DNA of 20,000 nucleotides from an uncultured virus (IMG/VR IMGVR_UViG_3300038679_000356) (taxonomy: Duplodnaviria > Heunggongvirae > Uroviricota > Caudoviricetes), in IMG/VR virus record IMGVR_UViG_3300038679_000356, one strand, 5' to 3'. This document shows positions 15,969 to 20,000 of this stretch, piece after piece (within the stretch, counting starts at the first letter, position 1; the number at the start of each line of letters is the position of its first letter). The position numbers were made by a program, and so were the translations under genes. A model generated the notes under the pieces. That model was not told the DNA's origin, searched no databases, and worked only from the letters and a program-made list of their open reading frames with translations.

Positions 15969-16173
15969 GTGAAGAATTGAAAAATATATTGACACATGAG
16001 TGTCCTCCGTACGAAACCGGGCGCATTGAGTAGTCAACGCCTTCGATGGTGATTGTGATAGCACCGCATGCACAGTTCCGGCTCGGTCTGGAAAAGAACA
16101 TTGAAAAGCTGGAGAAAATTGCTTCTTCCATTGCCCCTTTTCTTAATTTTTCACATTCGTCCCGCCATTTCAT
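15958..16173 (-). CDS. Hypothetical protein
   Basis: Tiles closely after the 16182-16415 ORF on the coding strand. Confidence 0.5.
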   Translation of the reverse strand: MKWRDECEKLRKGAMEEAIFSSFSMFFSRPSRNCACGAITITIEGVDYSMRPVSYGGHSCVNIFFNSSLDN

Positions 16174-16181
16174 CGAGCCTG

Positions 16182-16415
16182 CTACTTTTGCTCAATATTG
16201 AGGCAACGTGGCTTGATGAGAATTTCTGGGATAACAAAGTGTGTGTATGGATAAACATTCTTATCCACATTCGACTCCTTGATCTCAAGGATATAAGTCG
16301 TGCCAATAACGGCTTGTCCCTCATTGGCAATTCCACAAACAACACCAACACCACTTACTGCTTTCGAAGCGGAAAATTCAACAACATCACCTTGCTTATA
16401 CAAATGATTGCTCAT
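16182..16415 (-). CDS. Small hypothetical protein, possible SH3-like beta barrel
   Basis: YKQGDVVEF...GVGVVCG...YILE pattern; RBS-like AAAGGG. Confidence 0.65.
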   Translation of the reverse strand: MSNHLYKQGDVVEFSASKAVSGVGVVCGIANEGQAVIGTTYILEIKESNVDKNVYPYTHFVIPEILIKPRCLNIEQK

Positions 16416-16452
16416 TAAAATGCCCTTTGTTTTAATCGGGAAGAAATTTCAG

Positions 16453-16680
16453 CTAAACGATTTTTAGCCACGAATCATTATCAAAAAATTCAATTTGGAA
16501 AATAGAAAATTCATCGAGCGAAAACTCATCAAAAATTTGTTCTCGGTCGAACGTGCAGACGTAATATGAAGACTGATAGGCGATGCGAACTGATTCATCA
16601 GGATCAAGAAAATCAAGAATTGAACCGATGACCGCTGGAGCTGCATCTTCTTGAACGCGGATCAAATTCGTTTTAACCAT
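16453..16680 (-). CDS. Small acidic hypothetical protein
   Basis: Co-oriented ORF with ATG start downstream of the promoter at 16794-16821. Confidence 0.6.
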   Translation of the reverse strand: MVKTNLIRVQEDAAPAVIGSILDFLDPDESVRIAYQSSYYVCTFDREQIFDEFSLDEFSIFQIEFFDNDSWLKIV

Positions 16681-16711
16681 ATTCTTTATCCATTATGATG
16701 TAATGGGGAAT

Positions 16712-16781
16712 AATCACGCAAGTTTCAACAGCAACGATAACTACCAAAAAGTTTGTACGCCGTTAATGTTAGGGCGTGACT
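16712..16781 (-). ncRNA. Structured RNA 'C': minimal (70-nt) copy of the A/B scaffold without the tRNA module
   Basis: AGUCACGC-CCUAACAUU-AACGGCG-UACA-AACU-UUUUGGU-AGUU-AUCGU-UGCUGUU-GAAACUU-GCGUGAUU. Same stems and loop motifs as RNAs A and B, with compensatory changes; promoter 12 bp upstream. Confidence 0.8.
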
Positions 16782-16793
16782 TTCCTTAGCAAT

Positions 16794-16821
16794 AATATAA
16801 CCAGGAGCAGAAAACAATCAA
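16794..16821 (-). promoter_or_regulatory. Promoter TTGATT-N16-TATATT driving RNA C
   Basis: Same hexamers and spacing as the promoter of the RNA A/B/tmRNA cluster. Confidence 0.72.
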
Positions 16822-16825
16822 GCAA

Positions 16826-17173
16826 TCAACGACGTTTTTTGTTGGATTTCGATAATCTGTGCTTGAAATTAGCAGTCGTACGTCCCTTTTTCCATTTCAC
16901 ATAGTTGCCAAAACCTTCATGCGTCATAATTTTCTGTTCCGAATCATAAGCGGCAGCCAGAACCTTTTCCGGGATCAAGGCGTGAAGCTGTTTATGGCAA
17001 TCGGAACACATCAATGATTGCAGATTGGACAACTCCAATCTCGTAACACATCGGCGCTTCGCTTCTTTTGCCAACAATGTTTTAGGAACGAGGTGATGCC
17101 AAGTCAAATCATTTTCAGCGCCACAAGCAAAACAAACTTTATTTGGTGGAGTTGTAGATTGATCGTAGTCCAT
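16826..17173 (-). CDS. Small HNH-family endonuclease-like protein (start 17173 or 17197)
   Basis: CFACG...LTWHHLVPK...LMCSDCHKQLH. Confidence 0.82.
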   Translation of the reverse strand: MDYDQSTTPPNKVCFACGAENDLTWHHLVPKTLLAKEAKRRCVTRLELSNLQSLMCSDCHKQLHALIPEKVLAAAYDSEQKIMTHEGFGNYVKWKKGRTTANFKHRLSKSNKKRR

Positions 17174-17849
17174 TGTTAAGCGATCTCCTTGGATCATTTC
17201 TCATCTCTACAATAATCCTAGATGCGGTATCTGCCAACTCTCCTTGTCCACTACGAGCTACCTCCGCCACAAAAGCAGATAAAAAATCAACCTTATCAAT
17301 CTGTTCATCATTGATGAGATATTCTTTTGACGCTAGGGAAAACTCTGGGGCGACCAACGCTTTTGGAGGCGAAATAATATGTGGTAGATTAAGCTTAACA
17401 CAGTCGATACTTGACGTATGGAATGTTGTCAGCATGTCTACCCTTTGCTTGTTATGTTCTTCTGGACACTCAATTTTATACTTCCCTTTCACTACAACAA
17501 TATATCGTGGTGACATCCCACGAATAGACAACAAAATTTCATCGCCTGAAACATCACAAAACGTCGCGCCAGACCTCAATACGTTGCGTAAAATGCACCG
17601 AAGATCGTGCGGCGCGACATACAGATGTGGCTCATCATCATAGGCGTCGATGGCATAGAATACAACCAAAGGCTCCGACAAGAACCCTTGTGCAGCCAAC
17701 GCCATAGCGCCAGTCTCATCATCCGAATCAACATGTGCCCCGGATGAAAGATAAAACCGGTATAAGGCAAGAGGCTTGCCATAGATCCGTAACAGGTACG
17801 ACTCTCCAGGGCAAGCCTCAACGAGATTGACGATTTGATTCGCGATCAC
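17139..17849 (-). CDS. Hypothetical protein
   Basis: 236-aa ORF; its GTG start overlaps the upstream stop (GTGA). Confidence 0.75.
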   Translation of the reverse strand: MIANQIVNLVEACPGESYLLRIYGKPLALYRFYLSSGAHVDSDDETGAMALAAQGFLSEPLVVFYAIDAYDDEPHLYVAPHDLRCILRNVLRSGATFCDVSGDEILLSIRGMSPRYIVVVKGKYKIECPEEHNKQRVDMLTTFHTSSIDCVKLNLPHIISPPKALVAPEFSLASKEYLINDEQIDKVDFLSAFVAEVARSGQGELADTASRIIVEMRNDPRRSLNNGLRSIYNSTK

Positions 17850-18214
17850 TTCTGAGGAATTTCCACGTCAAGCAACGCTGCAAATTTCTTTTCTTTGGCT
17901 CGTATAATGCATTGATTAATGCTTTGGCGTCGGAGATCGTCATTGATATAGGTAAGAAACGAACGAAATTTCTCCTCATCAAAAAATCCAAAACTCACAC
18001 AATCCTTCACAAACCTTTCCCGATCAAATAGGATAGAGTCATCCTCATTAAGGAGAGGGTAGCTGCGATACCTTCTTTTAAACGCACTCGCCAATGCACG
18101 CATTTTTTCCTCGGGAGAAACACATTCTACAGGCTCACTTGTTTCCACCTTTTTATCCGTGGCTGGCTCAATTTTATTTTTGCCAAACAATTTCGACAAC
18201 CAATTTTTACTCAT
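17846..18214 (-). CDS. Hypothetical protein
   Basis: ATGA overlap with the sigma gene stop; 122 aa. Confidence 0.75.
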   Translation of the reverse strand: MSKNWLSKLFGKNKIEPATDKKVETSEPVECVSPEEKMRALASAFKRRYRSYPLLNEDDSILFDRERFVKDCVSFGFFDEEKFRSFLTYINDDLRRQSINQCIIRAKEKKFAALLDVEIPQK

Positions 18215-19119
18215 TTGCGGGTTCCTTTTCTATCAAAAACAGAGTAGCTTTTACTCATTCTTTTTACTGCTTGGACCTGAATCTGCCTGATCCTTTCAGG
18301 AGTCAACCCAAACATATCGCCGATCTCACGAAGTTTCAATATTTCCGCTCCGTCCAATCCATAACGATGCCTAATCACCGTTTTTTCAATGTTATCAAGA
18401 AGATCAAATGCCTGCCTGGCAATAGTAACGCTTTGTCTATCCGATACCATCTCCACTTCCGGTGCTGGAATATCGGCATACTCCAAAGGGACGCGATGCC
18501 TGTTGGTTAATTCAATAAGCCAGTCAACTTCATCTTCACTAACATCGCATGATTCGGAAACTTCGAGGTTGGTTGGCGGGCGTCCATTTTCCAACTCAAA
18601 CTTTCTTATAAAAGAAACGACCCGCCCGGCGGCAAGGCATTTCCCTGTACCAATAGACATTGCCCTGGAGGGATGGTATTTAGCAACCTCGCAAGTAATT
18701 TCACGCCTCATCCACCAAATAAGGTAGCCGCTAAGCTTCCCCTTCTTTGGGTCAAAGCGCTGCATAGCCTTCATTAAGGCAGTGTTACCACAGGCAACAA
18801 GTTCTTCAAAACGAAGTCCATATCCCATGAACTCTTTTGAAACCAATTTAAGAACGAGTCGAAGATTCCCGTTGACAAGTTTATTAATCGCCTCATCCCT
18901 GCTCACGACAGCATCAGCTTCTCCGACAGCATCTCCCATAACCTTGGCTGCCTCAGCAGTGGAAATAGCACGATCCCTGTCGTCGACCAACTGTTTCACT
19001 TCACTTTCCGAAAGAACAGCAAGGCGACTCACATCGCGGCTGTATATCTCTTTCGATGACAGTTGTTTGTATTGCTCATCAATGGACAATTCACTTTCAC
19101 AAACAAAATACTCCTGCAT
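18211..19119 (-). CDS. Sigma70-family RNA polymerase sigma factor (RpoD/RpoS-like, lacking region 1.1)
   Basis: Region 2 NLRLVLKLV..ELVACGNTALMKAMQRFDPKKG..YLIWWMRREI; region 3 GRPPTNLEVS; region 4 LREIGDMFGLTPERIRQIQ. Confidence 0.93.
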   Translation of the reverse strand: MQEYFVCESELSIDEQYKQLSSKEIYSRDVSRLAVLSESEVKQLVDDRDRAISTAEAAKVMGDAVGEADAVVSRDEAINKLVNGNLRLVLKLVSKEFMGYGLRFEELVACGNTALMKAMQRFDPKKGKLSGYLIWWMRREITCEVAKYHPSRAMSIGTGKCLAAGRVVSFIRKFELENGRPPTNLEVSESCDVSEDEVDWLIELTNRHRVPLEYADIPAPEVEMVSDRQSVTIARQAFDLLDNIEKTVIRHRYGLDGAEILKLREIGDMFGLTPERIRQIQVQAVKRMSKSYSVFDRKGTRK

Positions 19120-19126
19120 AGTAACC

Positions 19127-19173
19127 CTCTCTTATTCTCTCTTTTTTTCTCTTGCTCTCTCTTATTCTCTCTT
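19127..19173. repeat. Two 17-bp direct repeats (CTCTCTTATTCTCTCTT) in a polypyrimidine/polypurine tract
   Basis: Copies at 19127-19143 and 19157-19173, in the leader of the sigma gene. Confidence 0.75.
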
Positions 19174-19190
19174 GCCGTCCACCCATGCAA

Positions 19191-20000
19191 TTATACGGCT
19201 ACCGGAGCCCTTATCGCTGGATGACATACATATCCGTCCAAAACTAAATCGTCATAGACGAATCCATCTATATCTTTCACATCTGGATTGATTTTCACCT
19301 TTGGCAGCGCATACGGAGTACGACTCAACTGCGTTTTCACCTGCTCAAAATGGTTCTTATAGATGTGGGCGTCGCCAATCGTATAGATCAACTCTCCAGG
19401 CTCGCGCCCAACAACCTGCGCAACCATCATAGTTAACAGAGAGTAGGAGGCGATATTAAATGGTGCTCCAAGAAATAGGTCATTCGACCGAATATACATC
19501 AGACAATCAAGAAATTTCCGCACACCAACATTTCTTGTGTAAAAATGATAAAAACAATGACATGGAGGAAGGCGCATTTCTGGAATATCTCCAGGATTCC
19601 ACGCGGAAACGATAATGCGACGACTTTCAGGCTTGTTCTTCAGATCTGAAATCGCACCCTGTAATTGGTCTACCTGTTTTCCATTTTTCCCAGTCCACTT
19701 CCGCCATTGGTATCCATAAACTGGTCCAAGATCACCGTTTTCATCAGCCCATTCATTCCAAATCGTAACTTTATGGTCAGTGAGATACTTGATGTTTGTA
19801 TCTCCACTGATCAACCAAAGCAATTCGTGAGCGATAGATGGGAAATGTGTCTTTTTTGTGGTAACGAGAGGAAACTCTCCCGTAGAAAGATCGATCCTCA
19901 TCTGATGTCCAAATATACCTCGCGTTCCAGTACCCGTCCGATCTTCTCGGTCGTTTCCAGTTTCCATGACTGTACGCAATAAATCGAGATACGCTTTCAT
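19191..20000 (-). CDS. thyA: Thymidylate synthase
   Basis: [66 protein letters not shown]. Confidence 0.98.
   Translation of the reverse strand: MKAYLDLLRTVMETGNDREDRTGTGTRGIFGHQMRIDLSTGEFPLVTTKKTHFPSIAHELLWLISGDTNIKYLTDHKVTIWNEWADENGDLGPVYGYQWRKWTGKNGKQVDQLQGAISDLKNKPESRRIIVSAWNPGDIPEMRLPPCHCFYHFYTRNVGVRKFLDCLMYIRSNDLFLGAPFNIASYSLLTMMVAQVVGREPGELIYTIGDAHIYKNHFEQVKTQLSRTPYALPKVKINPDVKDIDGFVYDDLVLDGYVCHPAIRAPVAV

Overview
Gene-dense window with every credible gene on the minus strand, most consistent with a large (jumbo-type) bacteriophage genome. It contains NAD-dependent DNA ligase (partial), an SF1 helicase, an HD + P-loop kinase fusion, a HAD nucleotidase, a Pol-beta-type nucleotidyltransferase, a NYN RNase, Hsp20, dUTPase, an HNH protein, a sigma70-family factor and ThyA. 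Two features stand out. (1) A gene block encoding a Ro60/TROVE-like vWA protein, a 63-aa ubiquitin-like protein ending in Gly, a second vWA protein, an unknown Cys-motif protein and a ThiF/E1-like enzyme. (2) A family of three structured non-coding RNAs sharing one covarying scaffold. Two carry a tRNA cloverleaf as an internal module and sit in an apparent RNA operon with a boxA-like element and a tmRNA; the third (16712-16781) is the bare scaffold. Together these suggest a phage-encoded Ro/Y-like RNP coupled to ubiquitin-like activation chemistry and RNA end-repair enzymes. All calls come from manual motif reading and base-pairing; no database searches were run.
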